A program made the position numbers and the translations under genes. A DNA stretch of 64,000 nt. Source: Eubacterium sp. (GTDB lineage Bacteria; Bacillota; Clostridia; Lachnospirales; Lachnospiraceae). The stretch is from contig JAILGP010000002.1 of the NCBI GenBank assembly GCA_024696635.1, positions 1,276-65,275 of the forward strand, in the 5' to 3' direction. The notes below the pieces were generated by a model. That model was not told the DNA's origin, made no database searches, and saw only the letters and a list, made by a program, of their open reading frames with translations. Shown in pieces: positions 9,695 through 18,828 of this stretch (within the stretch, counting starts at the first letter, position 1; each line of letters starts with the position of its first letter).

Positions 9695-10740
9695 TAATTC
9701 GTATATGCGCTTTTACTCTAAAGGGCTGGGAGCTTGCGGATAAAATTGAAGAAAGCTTTAAAGAACACATTTTTGAAAGAAGATCTACAGATATTAAGCT
9801 TGATGCTTGGGCCAGGGATTCCTTTTTTATTAAGGCTCCGATAATTTTTATAGGGGCAGCCGGAATTGCTGTCAGGGCAATTGCAGGGTCAGTCAGTGAC
9901 AAGCTTACAGATAGTCCCGTGCTTGTTATAGACCAGTCAGGAAAATATGTTATTCCGATTTTGTCAGGTCATGTGGGCGGAGCAAACAGGCTGGCTTTGG
10001 AAATAGGGGAAAGACTCAGTATGATACCTGTAATTACCACGGCAACAGATGTAAATTCAAGTTTTTCAGTGGATGAATTTGCTGTGGCTAATAGACTTAC
10101 CATAGTAAATAGAGAGGGTATAAGAAGAGTTGCTTCTAAAATTTTAGAGACAGGTTCTATTACAATGTCCATAAGTCCGGATATAGATAGTGAGACTTTA
10201 AAGGCTGATAATTTTTTTGTTGATAATAATATTAAGCTTTTAGCTTATCCACCAGAAAACAGGGTGGACCTTATTATATCAGGTGATGATAAGCTTATAG
10301 ATAAGGCAGAGCTTTTCCTTAAACCCAAGGAATATATTCTTGGAATCGGATGTAAAAGGGGAAGCTCAGAGGGAAATATAAGGAAGACTGTGGAAGAAGT
10401 TCTGGCCCAATATGATATAGATATAAATAGTATAGCAGCCATAGGAACAATTGATATTAAGGAAAGGGAATATGGACTTTGCGCTTATGCTCAGAAGGAG
10501 AAAATTCCATTACTTACATTTAGCGCCCAGGAATTAGAGACTGTGGAGGGAAATTTTGCCCAGTCAGAATTCGTAAAGTCAGTGACGGGAGTTTCAAATG
10601 TCTGCGAAAGAGCGGCCGTATGCGGAGCTATTTATTATGGGGGAGATTCTGATAATACCAGCATTATAATTCCTAAAAGATCAGGGCAGGGTATTACCAT
10701 AGCCCTTGCCAGAAGAAAGGTAAAATTAATAAGTGGATAA
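9691..10740 (+). CDS. cbiG: Cobalt-precorrin-5A hydrolase
   Basis: FIGAAGIAVR, DSPVLVID, PILSGHVGGAN, VITTATD, LGIGCKRG, GVSNVCERAA. Confidence 0.95.
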   Translation: MIIRICAFTLKGWELADKIEESFKEHIFERRSTDIKLDAWARDSFFIKAPIIFIGAAGIAVRAIAGSVSDKLTDSPVLVIDQSGKYVIPILSGHVGGANRLALEIGERLSMIPVITTATDVNSSFSVDEFAVANRLTIVNREGIRRVASKILETGSITMSISPDIDSETLKADNFFVDNNIKLLAYPPENRVDLIISGDDKLIDKAELFLKPKEYILGIGCKRGSSEGNIRKTVEEVLAQYDIDINSIAAIGTIDIKEREYGLCAYAQKEKIPLLTFSAQELETVEGNFAQSEFVKSVTGVSNVCERAAVCGAIYYGGDSDNTSIIIPKRSGQGITIALARRKVKLISG

Positions 10741-11470
10741 AGTGATTTATATAATTGGAATAGGTCCTGGAGCTGAGGAGTATTTAACCAATCAGGAGAG
10801 AAATGCTATAGAAAAAAGCGACATAATAGTTGGATATAGCCTCTATGTGGAACTTCTTAAAAAGGTTTATCCGGACAAGGAATATCGTATTACGGGAATG
10901 AGACAGGAGATAGAAAGATGCAGACTCTGTTTTGAACTATCAGAGGAGGGCAAAACTGTTTCTATGATATGTAGTGGCGATGCAGGTATCTATGGAATGG
11001 CATCTCCTATGTATGAATTATTAAATGACTATCCTGATACAGACCTTGTAGTAGTGCCAGGGATTACAGCCGCAAGCAGTGGGGCAGCAATTTTAGGTGC
11101 ACCTCTTAATCATGATTTTTGTGTAATCAGTCTTAGTGACCTTATGACTCCCTGGGAAGTAATAGAAAAGAGAATTCGTGCAGCCATAGCAGGGGACTTT
11201 GCTATAGCATTTTACAATCCATCAAGTAATAGAAGGGCTGACTATCTTGAAAAGGCCTGCAATATTATGCTGGATGCAGGGGCTGATCCTGACAGGGCCT
11301 GTGGCTATGTTGAAAATATTGGAAGGCAGGGGACAAGAGCCCTATGCTGTACCCTTAAGGAGCTTAAAGCTACTAAGGTAAATATGTTTACAACAGTTTT
11401 TGTTGGTAACTCCATGTCATATATTAAAGATAATAAGCTTATTACAAAAAGAGGTTATAGATGTGAGTAA
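10733..11470 (+). CDS. cbiH: Cobalt-precorrin-3B C17-methyltransferase
   Basis: IGIGPG, SGDAGIYGMA, GAPLNHDF, ISLSDLMTPW, FYNP, LITKRGY. Confidence 0.95.
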   Translation: MDKVIYIIGIGPGAEEYLTNQERNAIEKSDIIVGYSLYVELLKKVYPDKEYRITGMRQEIERCRLCFELSEEGKTVSMICSGDAGIYGMASPMYELLNDYPDTDLVVVPGITAASSGAAILGAPLNHDFCVISLSDLMTPWEVIEKRIRAAIAGDFAIAFYNPSSNRRADYLEKACNIMLDAGADPDRACGYVENIGRQGTRALCCTLKELKATKVNMFTTVFVGNSMSYIKDNKLITKRGYRCE

Positions 11471-13655
11471 GGTACTTATATTTGCAGGAACTACAGAAGG
11501 AAGAGAGCTTGCGAAAATACTGGTGAGGTCTGGTATATCCTGTCATGTCAGCGTTGCAACTCAATATGGCAGCATGGTCATGAAGAATTTGGAATCAAAG
11601 AATTCGGAATCAAAGAATTCGGAATCCGGGAAAATGGAATCTGACGAATCCGAATTAATACAAATTCATCAGGGTCGCCTTGACCAGGAGGAAATGAGGG
11701 AACTTTACAAATCCACGGAATGTCAGGTGGTGGTGGATGCAACCCATCCTTATGCCCAGGTGGTGACAGAAACAATACTTAAAAGTATAGAAGGAAGCAC
11801 AATTAAATATATTCGCCTTCTTAGAGAAAATAGTAAATATACCTTAGGTGGGAATAGTGAATATAATTTAGATAGTAGCGATATGCTAATAAGTCATGAC
11901 TCTAATGATCTAATCAGAGATTATAAATCTGTTTCTGATTGTGCAAGAGAGCTTGAGAATACAGATGGAAAGGTTCTTATAACTACAGGCAGCAAGGAAT
12001 TAAGGTATTTCTGTGAAAAGGAAGGATTAAGAAAGCGTCTTCTTGTAAGAGTACTTCCCGGTATGGAAAGTCTTAAGCTTTGTTATGACTGTGGACTTGA
12101 GGGTAAGCAGATTATTGCTATGCAGGGGCCCTTTACTAGTGAGATGAATAAAGCGATTATTAATCAGTATGATATAAAGCATCTGGTAACTAAAGAAAGT
12201 GGAAATCTGGGTGGATTTGATACAAAGCTTGAAGCGGCCTATGAATCCAGAATAATGGTTCATATGATAAAAAGACCTGACTCAAGTGTATATGGCATGA
12301 ATATGAAGGAGTGCCTTGAAAAACTGGAGGAATATCTTGATATAAAGATAAAAAAATCAAGTCTCAACATCACTCTTGCAGGAATAGGCTGTGGTTCTTA
12401 TGAGGGTATGACTATTGAAGTGAAGAATGCTATAAGTGAGTCTGATTATATATTTGGTGCAGCCAGGATGCTTGAGGGTATATCTGCTCCGGGGGTGACA
12501 TTTCCCTATTATATGGAGAAGGATATAATTCCAATTCTCGATAAGCTTGAGGAGGAAAGAATAGGAAATACAAATATTGTTATACTTTTTTCTGGAGACA
12601 GTGGATTCTACAGTGGGGCTGAAAATATGTATAAGGCCCTAAAGAACAGGAAGGATACATATGTTAAGCTTCTTCCTGGGATTTCGTCCATAAGTCTTCT
12701 TGCTGCAAGAACAGGAATAAGCTGGCAGGATGCAAAAATTCTGAGCCTTCATGGAGTAAGTGAAGAGGTATGGATTTCTCAGCTTATGGATGCTGTAGCT
12801 TGCGAGGAGAAAACATTTTTTATCTCATCAGGTCTTAAGGATATAAAAAGACTTGGGAAACTGCTTAATGACATGGCAGATAAGAATCTTATAAATGAGG
12901 CTGATATAGATATAAAGCTTGGATACAGGCTTTCCTATATGGATGAAGAGGTGACAAGTCCTTCATTTTCTGATATGGAGAAATATGAAAAAGAGGGACT
13001 TTATGTTGGCCTTATATTAAATAGAAATACAGATAAAAGAGTGGATAGAAATATTGATAGAAATATAGATAGAGCAAATCTTGCCCCATCTATATCGGAC
13101 CAGGAATTTATTCGTGGAAAGGTACCTATGACCAAGGAAGAAATCAGGCATCTATCAATCTGTAAGCTTAGGCTAAAGAGTGGAGATGTGGTTTATGATA
13201 TAGGTAGTGGTACCGGTTCTATAGCTATTGAGGTGGCAGGCCTTTCTAAAGATATTAAGGTATATGCCTTTGAATATAAAAATGAAGCTACAGAACTAAT
13301 AAAAGAAAATATTAAAAAACATAATAAATCAAATATAAAGCTTATTCAGAAAAAGGCCCCGGATGGACTGGACCAGGTGGATAAGGGGGACGCTGCATTT
13401 ATAGGTGGAAGTGGAGGAAGGCTGAAAGAGATTTTAAATAGACTTTTCCAGATAAATCCTCAGATGAAAATAGTTATAAATGCAGTAAGTATGGAAACTA
13501 TAGTAGAAATGGACCAGATACTTAAAGATATTCCAATAAAAAATCTCGATATTTGTCAGGTATCTATTTCTAAAATTAAAGAGCTTGGTGCTTATCATAT
13601 GATGCAGGCTAATAATCCAGTATTTATATACTCCTTTGAGTTTTGTCAGGTTTAA
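11463..13655 (+). CDS. Fused precorrin-6A reductase / C5-methyltransferase / C15-methyltransferase-decarboxylase (CbiJ-CbiE-CbiT)
   Basis: N-terminal FAGTTEGR, VDATHPYA, AMQGPF, TKESG (CbiJ); middle GIGCG, LFSGDSGFYSGA, LPGISS (CbiE); C-terminal VPMTKEEIR, DIGSGTGS, FIGGSGG, MMQANNPV (CbiT). GTG 11463 overlaps the cbiH stop. Confidence 0.9.
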   Translation: MSKVLIFAGTTEGRELAKILVRSGISCHVSVATQYGSMVMKNLESKNSESKNSESGKMESDESELIQIHQGRLDQEEMRELYKSTECQVVVDATHPYAQVVTETILKSIEGSTIKYIRLLRENSKYTLGGNSEYNLDSSDMLISHDSNDLIRDYKSVSDCARELENTDGKVLITTGSKELRYFCEKEGLRKRLLVRVLPGMESLKLCYDCGLEGKQIIAMQGPFTSEMNKAIINQYDIKHLVTKESGNLGGFDTKLEAAYESRIMVHMIKRPDSSVYGMNMKECLEKLEEYLDIKIKKSSLNITLAGIGCGSYEGMTIEVKNAISESDYIFGAARMLEGISAPGVTFPYYMEKDIIPILDKLEEERIGNTNIVILFSGDSGFYSGAENMYKALKNRKDTYVKLLPGISSISLLAARTGISWQDAKILSLHGVSEEVWISQLMDAVACEEKTFFISSGLKDIKRLGKLLNDMADKNLINEADIDIKLGYRLSYMDEEVTSPSFSDMEKYEKEGLYVGLILNRNTDKRVDRNIDRNIDRANLAPSISDQEFIRGKVPMTKEEIRHLSICKLRLKSGDVVYDIGSGTGSIAIEVAGLSKDIKVYAFEYKNEATELIKENIKKHNKSNIKLIQKKAPDGLDQVDKGDAAFIGGSGGRLKEILNRLFQINPQMKIVINAVSMETIVEMDQILKDIPIKNLDICQVSISKIKELGAYHMMQANNPVFIYSFEFCQV

Positions 13656-13661
13656 AGAAAT

Positions 13662-15050
13662 ATGAATAATTCATTTATGATTGCGGCAACGGCAAGTGGC
13701 TGCGGGAAAACTACAATTACATGTGGAATACTTGAGGCATTTAAAAGAAGAGGTCTTAGTGCCGCGTCATTTAAATGTGGCCCTGATTATATAGACCCTA
13801 TGTTCCATAAGGAGGTTCTGGGAATTCCCTCTAAGAATCTGGATCTTTTCTTTACGGAGGCAGAGGAAACAAGGAATCTTTTTACCTTGGATAATAATAG
13901 TCAGATATCCCTTGTGGAAGGTGTCATGGGTCTTTATGATGGTATAAGTCCAACTACCAATGAAGCCTCTTCCTATAATCTTGCTTCCGTGCTGGATATT
14001 CCAATAATTCTGGTCCTTGATGCTAAGGGCATGGGCAGGTCTATGCTTGCGGTGATCAGGGGATTTCTGGATATGGATGTGGAGAAACGTATTAAGGGAA
14101 TCATTCTGAATAGAATATCTGCGTCCTATTTCGATACAATAAAATCGGTTATAGAAGAAGAGATTGATATTAGGCTTGTGGGCTATCTTCCTCCAAAGAA
14201 GAACCTAAGTCTTCAAAGCAGATACCTTGGATTAAAGCTTCCTTCAGAGATAGATGATATTAAGAATAAGGTGGAAGACCTGGCAGAAAATTTGGAAAAA
14301 ACATTAGATATAGATATGATACTTGATATAGCCGTCTGCAAAACCAGTTCTAATAATATAGATACAGCTGACTCAGAAAAAGAAATCATAAATAAGGATA
14401 AAAAGGATGAAAAGGTAAGAATAGCAATAGCAAAGGATCAGGCCTTTTGTTTTTACTATGAAGATAATCTAAGACTTTTAAGGCAGGCAGGGGCAGAGCT
14501 TGTGGAATTTTCTCCTCTTCATGATGACAGGCTTCCGGATAATATTCAGGGTATTATTTTAGGTGGCGGATATCCTGAACTATATGCAAAGGAACTTAGT
14601 CAGAATAAACTTATGCTTCAGTCTATAAGGGATGCATTTTCCAGTGATATTCCTTCTCTTGCTGAGTGCGGTGGATTTATGTATCTCCATGATGAACTTC
14701 AAACTGAGGATGGAAAAGCTTATCCCATGCTTGGAATTATTAATGGCAAATGTCAATATATGGGCAAGCTTGTAAGGTTTGGTTACGTGACTATTAAAGA
14801 AAAAAATCCATCCTTCCTGTCTGGGCCTGATATTGAGATTAAAGGTCATGAATTTCATTATTATGATTCGATTGCTAATGGTAGCGATACTGTGTCAGTT
14901 AAACCGATTAGCAAAAGAAGCTGGGAAGCAGGTTTTGTTACAAATAATCATTGGTGGGGCTTTGCCCATCTTTACTATCCATCAAATAAAAGCTTTGCAA
15001 AGGCATTTGTAGATAAATGTAAAAGCTGGAGCGGGAAAAACAGAAAGTAA
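13662..15050 (+). CDS. cbiA: Cobyrinate a,c-diamide synthase
   Basis: SGCGKTT, FKCGPDYIDPMFH, EGVMGLYDG, GGGYPE, AECGGFMYL, GHEFHY. Confidence 0.95.
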   Translation: MNNSFMIAATASGCGKTTITCGILEAFKRRGLSAASFKCGPDYIDPMFHKEVLGIPSKNLDLFFTEAEETRNLFTLDNNSQISLVEGVMGLYDGISPTTNEASSYNLASVLDIPIILVLDAKGMGRSMLAVIRGFLDMDVEKRIKGIILNRISASYFDTIKSVIEEEIDIRLVGYLPPKKNLSLQSRYLGLKLPSEIDDIKNKVEDLAENLEKTLDIDMILDIAVCKTSSNNIDTADSEKEIINKDKKDEKVRIAIAKDQAFCFYYEDNLRLLRQAGAELVEFSPLHDDRLPDNIQGIILGGGYPELYAKELSQNKLMLQSIRDAFSSDIPSLAECGGFMYLHDELQTEDGKAYPMLGIINGKCQYMGKLVRFGYVTIKEKNPSFLSGPDIEIKGHEFHYYDSIANGSDTVSVKPISKRSWEAGFVTNNHWWGFAHLYYPSNKSFAKAFVDKCKSWSGKNRK

Positions 15051-15114
15051 TAGTGAATTGTAAAAGTGGATTAGGTCTATTTTATACTTTCATCTTATAC
15101 GAGGAGAAATAAAC

Positions 15115-15357
15115 ATGGATAATTCATATAAATTTTTTGAAAATACAGATTGCCAGTATTATCCTTGTCATGAAGGCTTGGACCATATTAACTGCCTATT
15201 TTGTTACTGTCCTCTTTATAATCTTGATAATTGTCCAGGAAATCCGGAATATAAGGAAAAGGATGGAAGGAGAATAAAAATATGCAGTAAATGTACATTT
15301 CCCCATAAGCCTGAAAATTATGATAAGGTAATAGGAATTTTGAAAAATAAAAAATGA
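15115..15357 (+). CDS. Cysteine-rich small (zf-like) protein
   Basis: SYKFFEN..CQYYPCH, NCLFCYCPLY, CSKCTFPH; GAGGAG RBS. Confidence 0.8.
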   Translation: MDNSYKFFENTDCQYYPCHEGLDHINCLFCYCPLYNLDNCPGNPEYKEKDGRRIKICSKCTFPHKPENYDKVIGILKNKK

Positions 15358-15477
15358 ATCTTTATAAATTAATTTTATGGTGTAAATTATTGAATTTAAT
15401 TTCTTGGGTTTAAGTTTTTCTGTGCTATACTTATTTTTAAGATATTTGAAATAAGAAAAGTAGGGAGGAATTATGAT

Positions 15478-16035
15478 ATGGGATATGATATGGAGAAAGA
15501 TAGGATTAATAAGATTATAGAAAAGCTTAAGGGTATGGAAATCAAAAAGATTTATTTTGATATGGATGGAGTACTGGCTGACTTTGATAGAGGAGTAAGA
15601 GAATTCTGTCATATGGAACCATCTCCACAGAATGAAGGCTGGAAACCTGGAATGGATGACAATATGTGGGCTAAGGCAAGGCTTGTAGATCATTATTATG
15701 ATAAGCTTGAACTTATGCCTGGTGCTAAAGAAATGTTTGATCTTGTTTATGGAAAGTATAAGGAAAGATGTGAGATACTTACGGGAATTCCTAAACCAAA
15801 GCGAGGAATGGTAGGCTCTGCTGAGGATAAAAAGGCCTGGACCAAGAGGCTTCTTTCAGAGGACATTATAGTAAATACAGTATATAGAGAGGAAAAACCT
15901 GACTATTGTAGTGGAAAGGACTGTATACTTATTGATGACCTTAAGGCCAATATTGCATCCTGGGAGGAAATTGGAGGTACAGGAATTCTCTTTGAAAATG
16001 CTCAGGATATTATTGAAATTTTTAAAGCACTTTAG
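15478..16035 (+). CDS. HAD-superfamily hydrolase, 5'(3')-deoxyribonucleotidase-like
   Basis: FDMDGVLADF, ILT, ILIDD motifs; GGGAGG RBS. Confidence 0.75.
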   Translation: MGYDMEKDRINKIIEKLKGMEIKKIYFDMDGVLADFDRGVREFCHMEPSPQNEGWKPGMDDNMWAKARLVDHYYDKLELMPGAKEMFDLVYGKYKERCEILTGIPKPKRGMVGSAEDKKAWTKRLLSEDIIVNTVYREEKPDYCSGKDCILIDDLKANIASWEEIGGTGILFENAQDIIEIFKAL

Positions 16036-16127
16036 GATATATTTTCTATTTAACATATAGTCTAATAACAACTAATTCCTTTCAGGTAGTAGAGGAGAAG
16101 TAACGATAAGCTATTAGAAAATGTATC

Positions 16128-16787
16128 ATGATAAGGGGGAGTATAAGATTGAAAGAAACAATAGTAGATATTTTATATGGGATTAAGCTTATTTCTACAT
16201 GGATGCTTATTCCTTTTCTACTTATGTTTATTCCACTAATTTATCAAGAATTCTCAGTTAAGTTTACAGTAGCAGATGTTATTCTTGAGGAAGATTATTA
16301 TAGTAGTTATCCAGATGAAATACTATGTTTTAAGACACATATTGATGATAAGGAGAGAGTCGTATTCGCTCCTGTTACCAGTAAGGTTGGCGATAATATT
16401 AAGGTTATACTTAAAGATGGAGATTATTATAAATCAATTCTAGATGAAAATGACTATAAGGATTATTTAACATTTTCAGGACGTTTTTTAAGAATATGTA
16501 ATAATTTTTACGGATATACTGTTATAGGAATGTCATTGATACTACTGATTAGTTTTCTGGTTACAAGAAAAAAGAGGAAAGAGATTAGATCAAGTTATCC
16601 TAATCTTACTAAGGCTACAGATATAGCAGGAATAGTATGCTCATTGATTTTGTCTTTTCTACTTTTGTATGGAGTGATTGACAATACGCTGACAAGTATC
16701 GGTTTAGTAATGATTGGGTTAGTTATTGGAATAGTCTATATAGTTGTTTTTATTTTTGGGTGGATATTGGTTCATACCTTATATTAA
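16128..16787 (+). CDS. Hypothetical membrane protein
   Basis: About four hydrophobic segments; no family recognised. Confidence 0.6.
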   Translation: MIRGSIRLKETIVDILYGIKLISTWMLIPFLLMFIPLIYQEFSVKFTVADVILEEDYYSSYPDEILCFKTHIDDKERVVFAPVTSKVGDNIKVILKDGDYYKSILDENDYKDYLTFSGRFLRICNNFYGYTVIGMSLILLISFLVTRKKRKEIRSSYPNLTKATDIAGIVCSLILSFLLLYGVIDNTLTSIGLVMIGLVIGIVYIVVFIFGWILVHTLY

Positions 16788-16846
16788 GTAAATGTTATTT
16801 TTGTCAGTTGACATTTATCTGGTCAACCAATATAATGTACGAGAAG

Positions 16847-16885
16847 CAAAGGAGCTGCAGTAGTTGGCAGCTCCTTTTCTTATTT
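16847..16885. terminator. Intrinsic terminator-like hairpin
   Basis: aaaggagctgc-agtagttg-gcagctccttt followed by a T-rich tract. Confidence 0.7.
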
Positions 16886-16957
16886 TATAAAATATTATTA
16901 TGGGTGCAAAATATATAAAAGGGGGGATTTTATATATAATCAGTAAGGAGAATAATA

Positions 16958-17740
16958 TTGAAAAATTATAGTAATAATATATGGTTAGGCATATTGAATT
17001 TAATATATAGAATTCATAGTAGTGAATCCATTGGAGAGATGGGAGATACAATTCTCAAGCAGATTCAATGGTTGGTTCCTTTTGACCAGGCATTGTTTTT
17101 TATAGCGCATGAAAATGGAGATATACATGTGGTGGCTTCTGAGGGGCTGGATGAAGATTATATAGATATGTATGAGACAAATTATAAAAAATATGATTAT
17201 GCTTCAGGGATTAAGATAGCTGGAAACAGTATAGTTTATAAAGATTCAGATATAATAGAAGAAGCAGTTTTCTTGAAATCATCTTTTTATAATCAGTTTT
17301 GTGAGCCTAATCATATTCGTTATGGTATACACGTGGTAATGATATATGCAAGTAAGTATTGTGGAGAAATAGTACTTTTCAGGGATAATGATACTATAAA
17401 TGCTACTAATTTCGGTGAAACTGCAGAATTTATACTGAATCTTCTTAAGGAGCATTTATCAATTTCATGTAACAGGCTCTTACTAAACAAGCCATATCAA
17501 AGAGAGATGTCTTCTTCAGAAGAAATTTTTACTAATCCTGAAGATAAGTATAGGGTTATGTATAATCTGACTAAAAGAGAATGTGAGGTTTTAATGCTTT
17601 TGTTGGAAGATATGTCAACAAATCAGATATGTGATGAATTAATCATATCTTTAAATACATTAAAGAAACATATTGCAAATCTGTATAGGAAACTTGAGGT
17701 GAGTTCAAGAGTACAACTTATACAAAAGATGAAGAGTTAA
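16958..17740 (+). CDS. LuxR-family transcriptional regulator with N-terminal GAF-like sensor domain
   Basis: C-terminal LTKRECEVLMLL...ICDELIISLNTLKKHIANLYRKLEVSSR HTH; AAGGAG RBS before TTG. Confidence 0.85.
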   Translation: MKNYSNNIWLGILNLIYRIHSSESIGEMGDTILKQIQWLVPFDQALFFIAHENGDIHVVASEGLDEDYIDMYETNYKKYDYASGIKIAGNSIVYKDSDIIEEAVFLKSSFYNQFCEPNHIRYGIHVVMIYASKYCGEIVLFRDNDTINATNFGETAEFILNLLKEHLSISCNRLLLNKPYQREMSSSEEIFTNPEDKYRVMYNLTKRECEVLMLLLEDMSTNQICDELIISLNTLKKHIANLYRKLEVSSRVQLIQKMKS

Positions 17741-17760
17741 ATATATGAAGAGATACTTTG

Positions 17761-17793
17761 CCGGGTGTTCAATTTAGAATATCCGGTTTTTTT
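17761..17793 (+). terminator. Intrinsic terminator after the LuxR gene
   Basis: ccgggtgttc-aattta-gaatatccgg then T7. Confidence 0.75.
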
Positions 17794-18060
17794 ATACTAC
17801 TCAAGGGTTATAAGAGTAGTATATTTGGTAAAAGTATTAGAAAAAATAATTATGGAGTAGGAAGAATGGTACTAAAAGATATTAAAAAATTTCATGCATT
17901 GGTGTAATTGTTAAAGTATAGAAAATGCTTATAATAGGAAACATCTTAAGAAAAGGCAAACAAAGAGGTTTGATACATAAATGTGTCAAGCCTCTTTTCT
18001 GTTTTAAAGGAAAGATAGTTTTCTTATAGCCTGAGATAAAGAATAAAGGAGGAAAGAAAC

Positions 18061-18822
18061 ATGAGAATAGATTTGAATTGCGATCTGGGAGAAAGCTTTG
18101 GAAATTTCACGATGGGAAATGATAACGAGATGATGAAGTATATAACATCTGCAAACATAGCATGTGGATTTCATGCAGGGGATGCAAATGTAATGTGTCA
18201 AACGGTAAATATGGCTAAGAATGCAGGTGTTGCAATAGGAGCTCATCCAGGCTTTCCTGATCTTGAAGGCTTTGGTAGAAGAAATATGACATGTACTAAT
18301 AATGAAATAAAGAATTATATAAGGTATCAGGTTGGAGCCTTAAGGGAGTTTTGTAACTTCGCAGGAGTTGAGTTACAGCATGTAAAGCCACATGGAAACT
18401 TATATGTAATGGCTATGGAGGATGATGAGATGGCCAGGGCTATTCTAGAGGTGATTGCATCATTAGGAAAAAATGTTATTACATTTGCTCTTAATGACTC
18501 AGCTATTTCAAATATGGCTAAAAGTATGGGCGTTCCAGTAGCTATTGAAGGATATGGAGATAGGGAACATACAAATAATGGTCATATAGTTCAAATTAGA
18601 AAGGGGCCTGACGAAGACCGTGTTGAAAGGCTTACTAAGAGAGCTATTCGATTGGTTAAAGAGGGAAAGGTTATTACTAACACGGGAGACGATATAGATT
18701 TAAGGGTTCAGACCTTATGTGTACATGGTGATACATATGGTGCATGGGATCTTATGAAAAATATCAGAGAGAAACTTGAAAAGGAGAATATAGAAATTAC
18801 AGCCATAAGTAACTTCTTATAA
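18061..18822 (+). CDS. LamB/YcsF family protein (PxpA-like)
   Basis: DLNCDLGESFG, SANIACGFHAGD, IGAHPGFPDLEGFGRR, HVKPHG, TLCVHGDT. Confidence 0.92.
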   Translation: MRIDLNCDLGESFGNFTMGNDNEMMKYITSANIACGFHAGDANVMCQTVNMAKNAGVAIGAHPGFPDLEGFGRRNMTCTNNEIKNYIRYQVGALREFCNFAGVELQHVKPHGNLYVMAMEDDEMARAILEVIASLGKNVITFALNDSAISNMAKSMGVPVAIEGYGDREHTNNGHIVQIRKGPDEDRVERLTKRAIRLVKEGKVITNTGDDIDLRVQTLCVHGDTYGAWDLMKNIREKLEKENIEITAISNFL

Positions 18823-18828
18823 AGGAAG

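Noticed and set aside
1-15357. Cobalamin pathway apparently lacking cbiK/cbiX, cbiL, cysG and a B12 riboswitch
   Set aside because: The operon is cut by the window start; these elements may lie upstream.
15478-16035. HAD phosphatase as an additional cobalamin-pathway enzyme
   Set aside because: A CobC-type phosphatase is already present, and the 120-bp AT-rich gap suggests separate transcription.
17741-18060. Guanidine-I (ykkC) or c-di-GMP riboswitch upstream of the urea-carboxylase-like operon
   Set aside because: Consensus segments not found; only a short GGCAAAC match without the second stem.
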